Shown here piece by piece: positions 13,101-27,100 of a stretch of DNA of 64,000 nucleotides. Origin of the DNA: Phallusia mammillata (Eukaryota); assembly GCA_965637545.1 (NCBI GenBank), contig OZ281497.1, forward strand, positions 20,026,001 to 20,090,000. Direction: 5' to 3'. The number at the start of each line of letters is the position of its first letter. Positions within the stretch are counted from its first letter, which is position 1. Under the pieces are notes generated by a model. The model was not told where the DNA came from. It worked only from the letters and a program-made list of their open reading frames with translations, and made no database searches. Both the position numbers and the translations under genes were made by a program.

Positions 13101-15106
13101 GCACATGCAAAGTTCTCATAAAGAAACAAAAGCATTAATATTCAGTATAGTTGCTCCGTTTCGAAACGATACTACTTAAAGATTAAGCTAAAGAAAACAG
13201 CTCTATACACAAACCAAACAAGACTCTTAAAACATTGCAAGTTAACTACTAGTCGATAAAAACAATGAATGAACCATAGGCGTCATCAAGTCACAACAAA
13301 GTTAAAATACGGATTACGTCATGCCTTAGTTTTGGAGCTTAAGGTTACGGCTCTTTTGCGCTCAAGTTAATTAGGGGTGCAACTCGAGTCGGCAGTTGCT
13401 ACATGAGGAAGTAAAGGGCCTCGCGAACTATAAGCCACATCAAACGAAGCAGGAATCAATGCTAAGCCACCGACGAAGTTCGAGCTTGATTGGAAATCAA
13501 TTAAGCTCGGCTTGCCTGGATAAGAAAGTAAAGTGCCAACTGTATGCGCGATTATAGTTCCGGATTAAATTCCACAATTTTGACCGCTGTGGTATTTTCA
13601 TTGGCTTAAAACTGTGCTGTTTGATTGAGCGGGTTGACAGCCATGACTTAAAATCATTGGAAGTTTTATTGAGTGAATCTTTAACGCACCAGTGCGATTT
13701 GTACTTAATTTCTGAATCAACAGGTAACTCGGTTTAAATGCTATAAATCGGAAAAACAAAGTAATCTCAACATTTATTAAATGCGATAAGCTTCAGACAG
13801 GATAAATATTAAGTTCCAAAGCATCGTAACCAATCTACCAGGAAGAAAGCCTCTTCGCTAACCTCCTATGGGAGATAATACACTTAACTTCGAAACGCTA
13901 TCCAACGTCAGAAAGGCAGGTTAATGAATCCTCACAAAGGAACATACTTAAAGCCATCGCTTTTCACTCGGTAAAAGCGACTGTTTGTGCCCGTAGAAAG
14001 TCACCAATATGGGACATCGCGTAGGCTGCGGAATTTGGCGGAAAGCAAGAAATGAACAGTGAGTCGGGTTTACTTAACGGGGCAGTGTAGTGCCATACGA
14101 CTGTTGATTTTATACAACTGTTGGTTGAACGTCATGCTTGGTCGAAGCCAAATGGGGGCAAGGTTTTAGCGACATGAGGACCCAACTGAAAATTGGTTCA
14201 CATTTTAGGCATTCCTACTTTAGCCTGGGGGTACCTATCACTAGTTTGGAGGTTGAAATACCGGTGCACGGTTTTGTTGTTGATATTCGTGTATTCGCTA
14301 CATTACAAGTGACGACTTTTCAATTCGTCTACTACAGCCGAATATCGTGATTGATACAAATAGTTTCAACTGTAAATGGTTTGTAAGTTTTGGCAGGTTT
14401 AGGAAGGCCGACGTAACTATTGAAATTTCATATTACTCGGATCTCAACAGAACCATTTTAGGATTCTTCAAAAATTCGAGAGTCTTTGGCCTAAGATTTT
14501 ATTTGTAAATCGCTCGTTTGAGTTCAAATTCTGAAGAAATATTTGCAAGTTTGAAAGCATTTGTTGAGTTGCGCGGCGCCGTCTATTCTAAGCACATGAG
14601 ATTATAAACCCAAAAAATTTTAGGACTGTGCAAACAAGATAACTGTTATCTCCATACAAAACTCAATTCGGCTAATCCTTACAAGCAACGCTGGATTCGT
14701 TTTATCACAAACAAAAACAATCCCTCTAAAAGACAACAATCCAACATCAAACGGGTACAACGCAGTTGGATATCAAAGCACCAAGTTGTTGCCTACTACA
14801 CAACACGCCAAATACACACAAGTGCACTTGACGCTTCTGGCACTACTTACATACAGATTTATCTACAGTTCAATTCAAACCCAAAGATCACAAAAACAAC
14901 ATACGTCTATAATTCCGGCCCTAATAGCACATGTAGTAACACTGTAACCGCTTAAAACTGGAACAAAACATAACTTTATGATAAAGTAACCTCAGCTTAT
15001 GTACTCTACTAATGACAGGCGTCTACCCAACAGTGACCTCACATCTCTGGAGAAGTTTCATGCCTGCCTGTCTGTCAGATCGGCTCACCTCAATCAAATC
15101 TTCGAC

Positions 15107-15151
15107 CACACTGACATTGTTGAGCTGTTGCTTGAAAGGGGGCGAGATCCG
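15107..15151 (+). pseudogene. Ankyrin-repeat-like fragment (HTDIVELLLERGRDP) in an interrupted frame
   Basis: Matches the second half of the ankyrin consensus (GH.eiVklLLe.GAd). In-frame TAG TGA follow ~7 codons later and no other repeats were found. Confidence 0.25.
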
Positions 15152-18100
15152 CCGCGTGCGGTGCTGTCTGTTTAGTGACCCTGTGTCGCCCGCCAGGCCG
15201 CAGATTGTGCGAAGAAGGAACTGTCACAATTGGCAGCCGCGCGGCACCCACTCGACCCGTCATGGCTCATCAACAAAGGGTTACAGTTGCAGTTGATTTG
15301 ACCCCAGCGCCAAGCCAAGTCGATTACTATATACGCATGTTTATAACCTCCACCATGTGTTACGTTTTAGGCGGTTAGTCAAAAGACTTATGTTTACGTG
15401 AACATTCGACTTGGCAACACCGGTAGTGGTTCATGAACTCATGCATGGTTTTTTTAAAACAAAATTGACCTCAGAGAAAAGATTTTGTACTGCTTTGGGT
15501 GAATTTGTCAATTCTATGCATACAAAATAAATTGCATGAGCACATACACGTATATCAGTAATATGTAGTTTTGACGTTACATATTTGTTTAAAATCCAAA
15601 GTCAGAATTGTGTTGTTTTCAAACCAGCAAGAAAAGTTGATTTAAGATGCGACCCGGTGATAACATGGTACGGATGTGGGCGGTTACTTCTTGGGACGGA
15701 AACATTATCCCTTTTTGACAATCGCAGATGGACTTGTCGATAAAAATCGCACATAGCGCTCCTAAAAGAAAAGCTTCGGGTATAAACGGGACTAGGGTCG
15801 TATTTTTACAAGCCATTCTGCATATTGCGTATAACGACGTTCGGACTGCGTGGAAACAAGTGAAAATGCGTGAAGATTTGTCACGCGTAATGGACAGTTC
15901 AATAGGGTGTGCCGGATGGGATGCAATATCGTGATCGTGAATAATTCATAGGTCAACATCACACAGTCTTAAACCAACAGTGCGTTGATTGTAACCAGAA
16001 GGATCAATTGAGGAATGAATTTTGTTGCTTTACCGAGTCGCTTAAGACAAAGCATTGCGACAGTGATCTGTGGGTAGTGACTTCACGCTCGCTTGGCAAC
16101 GAAACTCTAAATTGGCAACATGAACCGTTTACCCAAAACATGTAAATCGAGATAATGGCAGACCAAAACGGCGTGACATTGAATGTTAAACTTCCAATTT
16201 CACGGACTACATTATAAATTAAAGCAGATTTTAATGTGATGTTATAATTTGATGTATACCAAGTCAAGTATCTCGTGTAAGGTACCATAACAAGACCATC
16301 AATTTAAGTGTAGGTAAACATCTTGCGCAACGGCACAACCAATTGTAAATTCCTTAAGTATACAATTAACACATCGTTTGAAAAGTAATGTCAATTTGGT
16401 GCTGGAATGTGCCACAATTTTACAAAAATAACGCCACACTATGCGAAAGCTAAGCGTTAAATTACCGCCTGGAGTTACAAGGCCCGGGTCCAACAATGGA
16501 CTTGCGGTGGACCTCAAGCTGTTTTCATCGCGAACCCGCTATTTAAGGAGCTAATGACAAGTTCCTCGGGCTCCGCTACGTTGGTAATAAAAACACTTGA
16601 CAGTACAACAGCGTTAAGCCATCGCAACGACAGCGTGTCCACGCGTCGCGTTGAGTAATTGGTCGATTATAAGTGACCATCCCTCATGGCATAAACACAG
16701 AATGGCAAGTTACCCAGCCCGTGTTCCATGCACAGCTTTATACAGTTAAAGCGGCTTTCGCTATCATATCATTAGTCATGTAGTCAAGGGGTTAATGTGT
16801 TGTCACATTGCACTATCGACCCCACCATTGGCACAACAATCTATGCATTCCTAAAGCAACGACGTGCTTTTAAGTCACTAGCGTTCTGTACGCAGTGCAG
16901 ACATGTGCACTTGAGGTGGCGTGTATAATTGCGGCAAGTCCCTACGCTTCCATCGTCGTAAGTGGCCATTAAAACAGGCATGTTCTCCAGTCGTCATAAC
17001 ACAGCACGTCGCGCCACAAACTAATGGAGTTTACGCGTCAACGCAGTTTGATGTCCTTGGCCTTTCACAACCCAACCCGGAACCGGGGCTATCTGCTGTT
17101 ATTTTCACTTTCAAATAGCTAAGTCATAGTGGGGTAAACCACCACAACTCAACTACGTTTGTACGGTACAGTATAACTTCGCAAAGGAGGTCCTGTCAAG
17201 CGAATATCAATTCTACTAAAGGTGGAATTGGCCTAACGAGATTTCGACGTCAGGCCGCCACTAGAACGTCGATTCGGGTCGCTGCAAGACACAATGAGAG
17301 ACCAGCTGCATCGATTCTCCGCTATCGCCTTTAAACTTACAGCCTGTGCAAAAAAGTAACCACGGGCAAACGGCCTCTCTGATATTTAATTCACCCTGAA
17401 AATATCAAGCAACTTCTGCTGCCAGGTAAGTTTCTGAACTTTTGCCAAACAAGCCCTCTCTCACGACCGTCAACAAATCAACAACTGACGCAACAAGCAA
17501 GGTGGTTCTGCCCTACCTTAGCAGCTTATTTTTCCACACATAATGGTCGTCCTGTGTTTACATGTTACTCGCATCGGATTACCTTCCTTGCTTGTAACCA
17601 TCTCTTTAGCGTCCGGTTTGAATTTCACCGCACACAATTACGGGTCCCTGTACCGAGTAATACGTTTTTCTGCTTTGCCATTTCAGACGGCAGTGCGTAA
17701 ACAATGAAGACCACTCTTTACACGCCTTTCTGCAAATGAGAAATGCCTTCAGTATAAAGACCTCGTGTTTTGCTCTTTAGCGCCATGTGCCGAATAAACT
17801 GCACGACGCACGCTTGTCGGGTATTCAAAATTGGAACATGGCCACATAAATCGTATAATGTATGATAGGGCACACATAAAACACTTTTACCCTATTGGAA
17901 TTAAAACTATAACAAAGTAAGTTCATTTACTCCATCATTTTTAAAACAAAGCGTTCTGTAAGATGCAATTTGTTTAAACTTTAAAGTTTAACTCCACAGA
18001 AGCCATTTGTAAAATTAGCTGCAATTTCCAATCCATAGCCGCTTGGATATGGCTGACAGAACGAAGATTGTAAAAAGCCCTGAGATGTAACTGCACAGAC

Positions 18101-18395
18101 AATTGCAAAAACCTTGCCTATGATAACTGTACTTCAGTTCCAAAAACATGTAAAATACTTGCTATCCACATGGCATTTTCAACTGTCTTAACAATCAAAT
18201 GTTTTATGCAGACTTTGCTAACAATTAATAATCTTAGTTTTCATTCAGCGCTCACTGAGGCTTATTGTTTCCAACCTGCTTTAACGTAACAATGCCGCAT
18301 TAGCTGCCCATAGTTTGCTCATGCAAGATAAATATTTGCTTGCTTGGAGGTTAGAGCTTTAGTAATCGAACGAAGATAACGTGGTCATACAAACA

Positions 18396-18610
18396 TTGGA
18401 TTTTTGGCGTTTGTCCTGCACACAAAATGAAAATACTCTGAAAAGTTTGTGGTGGCCAGCAAAGGATCGTGGAAATGGCACTCTTGTGCCGTCTAGCGAT
18501 CGAAGCTTAAAGTTATGTTTGACTTTAAAGTTGGGTAAAACAGTGTCAATAAAAACAGGTAATTGGTTAAGTGTAAGTCTATGTGTACAAGACAAACGCC
18601 CGAAATCCAA
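18396..18610. mobile_element. MITE-like element defined by 29-bp imperfect terminal inverted repeats (TIRs)
   Basis: ttggatttttggcgtttgtcctgcacaca (from 18396) versus the reverse complement of 18582-18610, ttggatttcgggcgtttgtcttgtacaca: 25/29 identical. No clear TSD. Confidence 0.55.
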
Positions 18611-18619
18611 AACTTTGTG

Positions 18620-20240
18620 AAAGGCAACCAGAACCAGAAAACAACCTTGGATGACACAAGAGATTATGGATGCATGTGATAAAAGACGCAGGTTAAAGGC
18701 GGCAAACTATAATGACAGTCCAAAGGAAAAAGAATATAGAGATGCTAACATCAAGGTCCGAAAGAAAATTACGACCAAAAGAAGAGTTTCTGGAACAAAA
18801 ATGCCGAGAAATACAGGAGGGGGTTAATGGAAATAACAGCAATTTCAAATCAAATGATTAAATAGGAAGAATTTAACAACAAAGACAGTCAGCCATAGAG
18901 GATGAAAGTGGTGAACTTCTAACAGAAAATGGAAAAATCCAGCATCGATGGACCTAATATGTAAGACGTTATACAACTATTCAATTCAGACTGTCTCACA
19001 AATTGTTCAAGAACTCGATGAGCGATGACCAGGATCCACCGAAGATGCTGAACCAGACATCAATAGAAGAGAAGTGCACAATGCAACAAAACTGAACAGA
19101 TCTGCAATAGTCGAATACTGAACGAAAAATTCAGAGACCACCATCGAGAGCTTCATTGATTTTAGAGGCTTTTATTAGAGTCTGGAGAAAGTGGAATACC
19201 ATAATCAAACACGGTATCAGTTCCCACTTGATCCTTCTGATCGAAGCACTGTATGATAAAGCGAGCAATGCAGTCATAACCGACGGAAGTGCACTGAAAT
19301 GCTTTTGTTGGAGTACGTAAAAGGTGCACATTGCCGCCATCTTGTTCAACCCGTTAAAGTAAATAATAATGGAAGCGATAGAAGATTTTGAGGAAACGGT
19401 GTTAGTGGCAGAACGCAAAGTGTGCAACTTAAGGATTGCTGACTACATTAATTTGATTGCAGGAAGTAGTAAGGAACTTGCTAACATCACTAACGGGTTG
19501 GACAGTACAACCAGAAAGTCTAGAATATAGTTAAGTAGTGAAAAGAGCAAGATTATGGCAACATCAAGACAGAATGATAAAGAGAGCGACGCAGACATTA
19601 CAGGCGAACAACTGGAAGCAGTCGAAACTTTTAAGTATTTGGGTTTCTATCCTAAATAAAGATGTGACACGACAGGCGGAAATCATCACAAGACTGGCGG
19701 TTGCAACAAGCCAACTGGCCAAGTTAAGCAACATCTGGAAGAGCAAGAAAATCCAAGTAAAAATTATGCTAACTTGCTGATAACATCTATAGTGCTGTAT
19801 GGGTGTGAACCCATGACCTTCAAAAATACAACTGGAAGGAAGTTTAAGTACCTTTTAAAAGCGCTGCTTCCAGCGCATCTTTGGCGTTAGCTATCGTGAC
19901 CATCGCACGAGTATATCAGTCCTTCAGGAGATCACACAGAAAGCAGGACATATTGAACCAATTGTGGAAACGGCCACAAGACGGAAACTTCAATGGTTCG
20001 GCCATATGACACTTCGTCATGGAACTCTTGCACACATCATCAAGCACGGGACCGTCGAAGGTATGGTAAAACAAGGAAGGCCCAGAAGAGACAGGTTTGG
20101 CGATATTCAGAGGTGGAAGGGAACAAAGATGGTAGAATGTTTCAGACTGGCAGAGGATCAAGATACATGAAAGAAAGCGGTCAACTCAATAAAGTGACCC
20201 AACAGCCCCTGGACTACAGGAACGACTTGACTTGAAGTAA
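18620..20240 (+). mobile_element. Degenerate, 5'-truncated RTE-clade LINE (reverse transcriptase and C-terminal region)
   Basis: Ordered RTE ORF motifs with stops and frameshifts: PWMTQEIMDACDKRRRLK; KVCNLRIADYINLIAGSSKEL (catalytic YADD decayed to IADY); SEKSKIM; GEQLEAVETFKYLG; RLAVATSQLAKLSNIWKSKKI; LYGCE; RKLQWFGHM; GTVEG..KQGRPR. The 3' end has a short gacttgacttga repeat. Confidence 0.85.
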
Positions 20241-21145
20241 TAGTCTATGTACCAATCAAGTAATAATTTGCTGTAATTTGTTCCACAAGGTAAATAAACC
20301 GAAATTCAACTGATTTTTGACAATGCCCAGTGCTCCGTTTGGGAAACTCTTTAGACCAGTTCAATTGAACTTTTCAGTTCACTAAAGACGTATAATTAGA
20401 CCAATTGCTTTAACTGCGCAGATTTCATATTGCTATCGATTATAACGAGGCAAAACAAAAAATATTCTGAACACGACAACGAAACATCGGTTAATCTTTA
20501 TTTGCGTAATCACTTAACAGCGCCACCAGACGGCCATCGTAGGTAAGTCGGCGAATCGCGTTAAAATTACAAGTGCAACTTTCAAACGGGGGTTAAGCAC
20601 AAGAGGGAAAGGGGAGCGTGATTTGCATATGTCACAATTTGAAAGTATACAAAGCCGAAAATCTCACGCCAGGTTGTGGTATATGTGTGCTTAAATTGTC
20701 TATTTGCAGCACCCCAGTCGTACTATTGTGCAAGGACAACGGATAATTTGATCTTCTACAACAAATGTTGGAAGCAACTTTGAAACATTGGCGCAATACA
20801 TAACATGTAAATTCTGCTGGAACATTGACATAAAGCAAGGGGCGCAAAGACAACCGTAAAAATAAACTTTTACGTGAAAATTAAATACTGTAAATACTGC
20901 AGTAACCAACCCAAAGTATGGTGTTACTGATAATTTAGTTAGTATAATACAACTTCCTATTAACAAACAACATATATATAGTGTCGCGTCCGTGACAAAA
21001 TTAACAACACAACGTTGGACGATTATTCTTTCACGCAAAACAAAGTCGCCAGAAATTAAAATACACAACAGGCAAAGGTTAAAAATTGCCACAAAATTAC
21101 AATTAAACATACACAGACGTTTTTTCCCTTGTGCATATATCAGCG

Positions 21146-24100
21146 TCAAGCGACGTTGGCTAGACGAACACGCGACGCCATCATTTCGAACTGAATTGGC
21201 TTACGGCAAAATTCGCAGGTCTCTGTCAGATGGGCAGAATCTTGTGAAAGACCAATTTCGTCCCAGGCTTGACGGACGCTTCGTACGAAATGTCTGATAG
21301 AAGACAAGAGAAGGGCGGTTACATAACGTAAGTGTGATGTTTGTAGAGCCGACTGCTTAACACGTTATATGAAAGGTTTACGATTATGTAACTAACGCGT
21401 GTTGATGGCAATGGCAATGGCAATTGATTTTGTGTATAGGGTGATGAAATTGACAAGTACGATTATGTAATTCGTGGCTGACACATGATAAATATATCCC
21501 ATCCTTTGTTCCTTTTTTCTGATTTCACAAACATTTCCAGTGTTTTGCCTACCATAAATACTGAAACATTTATTTTGTCATATTTGACATACATTCGTTG
21601 TTAAACAACATGCAGAAATATGAAACCGATTGATAATTCATTTGAGATATATTTTTGACCATAGAGGATTTACATATCAAGGTCTGCCTTGCGAAAACGT
21701 GGGAAAAAATCTTGTGCCTGGCCGTCTGTTTTCGAAGCGCAGGTGCAAATAACACGATTAAGAGTAAATTGCCGAAAATAACGCCATACTGTGGTAATAA
21801 AGCTATTATCTAACACCGGTGCTCTCCAATGCACTTTTTTTTTGAATATACAGCTTTGTTTGTTTCGAATGTACACGGTGTAAGTGCGATTTCAAACAAT
21901 TTCTTGGCAATATTGAGGAAAACGCGCATCATTTAAAAAACTATTTACTGTCCAATTCTACATGTAACTTACTTCATAAGCTGAGGAGTGTGTCCTGGTG
22001 TTGCAGCAACCCTCAGCATTTCCTCGCCTCTCGGTACAGTCGGATAATTGATAGCCTGTACGTAGATGCCGTACTTGCGCATCAGCAAGTCGCTCAATTC
22101 GCTGCATTTTTCAGCGTCGCCGACCTGCAAACGTCACAAACAGCATATTATGACGTGACAAGGGCACAAATCACTAGCTCTGGGTTGGGTAATTTGTGCC
22201 ACCTGCTACTTAAACATGCACCGCTGTGCTAGTATTTATCATTTATTTGACTTAAAAGCGGTAAATTAAGATAAACTGGGATAGAAAGTTACATCAGTGG
22301 TTCCCAACCCGGGGAGGAATTCGACCCAAGGACGGAATTCTAAAACTTCAAGGAAGAAATTTATTTTAATTTGTACATGTGGTTTGTAAATTGACACTTC
22401 AGCTCTCAGAATATAGCCTGTAAAGTTGATAAAAGACCAAATTTTATTCGATTTTTGAATGGTTGGAAGTTGGCACATACTTTGTAGTATAATGGGGAGG
22501 AATGAAAATGTTTTGAAATGTTAAATGAGAAATTTGTCGATAAAGATTGGGAACCACTGAGTTACATGAAGCTCATTTTTGTTGTCAATTATAATCATGC
22601 ACCCATTTTTTTTGTTTTTTTTGCTTTTTTAACTTAAAAAGCACTATCAAAACCCACCTTAATGGGAACTATATGACTTGGGCAGTGGACCACGGGCAGT
22701 TTAGCCGCAAGCAGCATTTTTCGCATCATGGAAACGTTGCGCTGATGACGGGCGCGCAAGGCTTTTCCCTCGTCGGACTTGAGAATGCACACGGCAGCAA
22801 GTGCACCGGCCAAGTTCATCGGTGGTAGAGCGGTTGTGAAAATGAAGCCAGCTGCATAACTACGAATTGTGTCGACCAAGGCAGCCGAGCTAGCGATGTA
22901 CCCACCGACGTTGCCAAAAGCTTTTCCTGGAAAGATAATATGTGACGATTAGAGATGATATTCCAATGTGCATGGTATGATTAGAAGAGCATTACACTAT
23001 ATATTACTTTTTTATATATACACTGGTTTCTATTGATTTTTATGTAACAAATATAATGTGGTCATAAATACAAAATGTTTAACTTATACTTGTTGCCTAC
23101 TACCAATTTTTATGGTGAAAAACTGCATTATATGACTAATAATAGGTTTGTCGGTAAACCAGTTACACGACCAAAATAAAAAATCGGTGGTACAACTAAA
23201 AGTTAATAGTTCAGACATTTAATCCGGAAAAAAAATGACTAATTCGAATTTTTAAACGCCGCTGTATTGCCTACAGGAAGTGTTAAGTTAATTAATTTCA
23301 TAATTTTGGTACAAGTAGAACGCAAAAACTAATAAAATGTAAAAGAATCGCGGTGTAAGTCATGAAGGAAAAATAATGACTATCCCTGTAGCGAGCAGAC
23401 ACCGTGACATGAACAGCAAAATGACAAGGCAACTTTAAAACGATATTTACGGACTATAAGGTTCGGATCACAAGAAATCCCTGTGTAGTGTCACGAAGCA
23501 AATATAACCGGCAAGGTTTCAACCGACCCGCCTGGAATGACTTGCTAAATATATAGGGACACATCACGCCATAAAAGTTTCACGAAAGGGTCTGCTTGTT
23601 TTGCGTGACGTGTGTGATCACGTGAAAAAGACAAACAAAGCAAAAACAGCGGTAGGAAACGGAACTGCTGAATGAGTGCCTGAAAAGTTGTAATGTGCGG
23701 TTCTGGCCTAACAACGTTGTTTACAGGGTCGCGAATAGAGATTTGTTATGAATGTACATGCATGAAAGATTTATAAGCCCTAGTGCTGCTGTATGAACCG
23801 AACACAAACAACGCCGTATTAGATAGTTGGTGTGACAATTTTACAACACTTTGCAACGACGTTTTGTAAATTGTTTGCTCGGAAGGCTAAATGAGTTTGA
23901 AACGTGATTTTTTTGGTTGAAACAAAAGGCAAATTCGAAAATTCTTGCTCTTTCGAAAGCTTTATAACCAATCAACCGACATTTCGACCTCGTTCTTAGG
24001 CACCTCATTAGTACAATTGCCCTAACAAGCCACAACACAAAGGCAAAAGCGTTGATTGGTGACGAGAGAGTGGTTTGGAGAAAAAGTTATTAATATAGTA

Positions 24101-27100
24101 GGCCTGCTGACCGCAATAAAGCCCGATATTTGTCGTAGGATTGCGCAAAACTCTTTTAAAAAACAACAAAAAAGGTTCAATAGTACAAATTAAAACTTGC
24201 ATATTTTTCTGCTCACAGTTATGGTGGTCTTACCTAGAGTTCCAGACACAATGTCGATATCGTCCATAAGACCATCGCGCTCCCCAATACCCGCACCGCG
24301 ATCCCCGTATAAACCAACAGCGTGAACTTCGTCAACAAATGTGATGGCTCCGTATTTGTGCGATACGTCACACAGTTCCTTGAGAGGACAAACCGCACCT
24401 GAAAGTTGGATAATGGATTAAGGTGTGATCTTAACAACGCAATTTTACGCCGAATAAAGGGCCCTTTAAGTGACGACCGAACACAACCGAGCTAGTCGAC
24501 AGAAAACGTTATTACAAGCTTAGAAATTCCGGATTAAAAACTCTGAAGTATCTTTAAACCGACCGAAATACTCGTGCTAACTCGCGTATCACACTTTATT
24601 TTTTTTCTTCTCGAAATTCATTTATACTTTAAAATTTAGTACGTGAAACAACAAATACGTTAAACAAATACGTTAAACAAAGCGACCGGTTCAACGTCAC
24701 TATTGGTATAATCAAGTTACAGTATATTGCATCATAAAAATGGAATTCTCCCTACCATCCATTGAGTGAACAGTCTCAAAGGCCACGATCTTGGGTTTGG
24801 ACGGGTCCGACTTTTTCAATAGTTCTTCCAAATGCTGAGGGTCGTTATGGCGAAAAATGTGCTTCGGAACTCCGCTGTTACGTATTCCTTGTATCATAGA
24901 TGCGTGGTTGCCAGCATCCGAAAAAATTTCGCAACCTGTAAAAGATAAACATGTTTTGATCTTGTCGCTTGTTTATATTAGGTCATAACACAGCACGCGT
25001 GACGTCATAGGAAACGTCACGTAACGTGATGTGACGTGATGACAGCCTCGTGATATGGATCACGTTATGTACAAACAGATCAGTGGTTAACATATAGGTA
25101 TTATTATCACGGCAAATGTACAGACAATATTCTACACAGCGTCCAGCTAGATAACATGTAACAGGACAAGTCAATGTGTAGTCAATTTCGGGGAAATCCG
25201 TACAGCGCTACAGTCATAATGGTAATTTACGCAGCTGCTTTTGTATACATTGTCGTGTTCTAGTTCCGCTGTCATTTCACAACATTACAAGTTTGGTCGC
25301 CCGAACCGATATGTCATCTCAGTTCGCCAAACGACAAAATCCCAGCGTGTGACGGTAGCCTTGTTATTAACTGGTGAAATTTGCAAATAACCACAAGGGT
25401 CTGTTGTGTAATCGACAGTACGCTATATCAGTACTTTATAAGTCAACAAAGAACAGATATTGGGGTTAAAGATCGGCGGTTTGGGGGAACGTTTGGCTGT
25501 CGGCTCGTTAAACACCTACAAGAATTTCCTAGCAACGATGACAAGGCGAAAACCAAAGCAGGCTGGAGAGGGCACCAAAAATGGGTCAAACCACAAGGAC
25601 ACGTTTCTTGCCAAATACATGCTGAAAACACTTAAACGTAACAAGCCAAAACATATCTAGGGTAGCCTATATGTTGTCAAACCGGCATTTTTTATGTTTC
25701 AAGCTAGATGTGTGAGTAATTGGGCGTTAAACTGGCCAATTAAGCTCCAAGCTGCGTGAAATATCTCCCATTGCATATACTATGTCAGCAATGTATTATT
25801 TTTTTAGTGCGAATGTTTTTATCGGCTGCTAGCGTCGTTGCAACGTGCGTCATGGCCAAATCAATTGCCTTCCTTGTGCGCAAGTTGAACACGTCCACTA
25901 ACATGATTACACGCTGTTACAAGGTGCTTCGTTAGCAATTTTGTACGTGAACTTTGAATTTGACGTTCATTTAAGGATCCTTCCACCATTTAATAAAGAT
26001 ATCTGATGGATAGGTGGGCTTTGTGCTATTGCCAAAACTAACTACCAGCAAAATGCACAAAAAGTTCGTTACATTCTTTGATGGTTAAGTTGAAATGCAG
26101 AAAATGCGTATGCTTTTCTTATTAAGCTATACGAATGATATGAGAAACATAAAAACATTAACAAACAGAAGTGTCTAGTTTAACGCAATACATGCATATT
26201 ATGTGATCCGGTCCCCCAGCCGCTGTGCCTCGACAGTGCAACGATTTTACCACCCAATCTGACAGGATGCGTCAAAAGTTTTCGTGCGAACGCGAGAAAA
26301 TTTGTACAAAATCTAGCTACAGTTTAGCGGCTGTTCAATTGAATTCGGAAACCGCATAGTTGAAATACAACGAAGGGAACTTTGGTAAAAACAACACCGA
26401 AAGCTAAAATTTCAGTTTTGCAGTAGCATATAATAGCCACCAGACTGAACTCCGACCCAAAGATGCATTTTCGCGCACGAATTGCTGCACGACTTTGCTC
26501 CAAATGACACGACTCATTAATAGCGTCACAACACCCCGATGCAGAGGAGTTCGAATAGCCCTTGGCGTAAAATGACACGACAAAGAATAAGTGGAAATGG
26601 CAGAAATGATGCCAGATCATGTCAATCACTAGAATCGTTTTGAGTTAAGTCTATAAAATCAACGCTAAAACCAAAGCTAAAAAGCTCTTTTTCGGCCAGT
26701 TTTTCCAATGGTGGTGCTTCTGAGCTATATGTTATACTGTTATAGCAGTGGTTCTCAAAGTATGGGTCGCGACCCAAACATGGGTCGCGCAGGGTCAAAA
26801 AATGGGTCGCGCAATGGTGATTCAATTCTGCCCAAACGAATTTTCTTAAAGCAGTAGTAAAGTCACCTCACTCGACCACGTTGTACAGTAAAATAAACCA
26901 ATTATTACCACATACAGACAATAGCCTTCCAACTTTACTGTTACGGATGCCGCATGCGCATGACGATTGTAACGTCATGGTACGGGAAATAATAGGTCAA
27001 TTGACCTAACTGAAGTTAATCACGAGAAACTAAACGTGGAGATGTAACAGCATTTGAGCATGAGTAAGTATTCGTACAAGGACAAATTTTCAGATTTGGG

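Noticed and set aside
17370-17430. LIHPENIKQLLLP followed by a perfect donor (cag|gtaagt), reminiscent of a CYP4 P450 N-terminal exon
   Set aside because: In-frame stop immediately upstream, and no downstream P450 exons found.
24650-24680. Short tandem duplications (aacaaatacgtta x2; similar at ~49955 and ~56005) and the (atggca)3 tract at ~21407
   Set aside because: Ordinary replication-slippage repeats with no unique spacers; not CRISPR-like.
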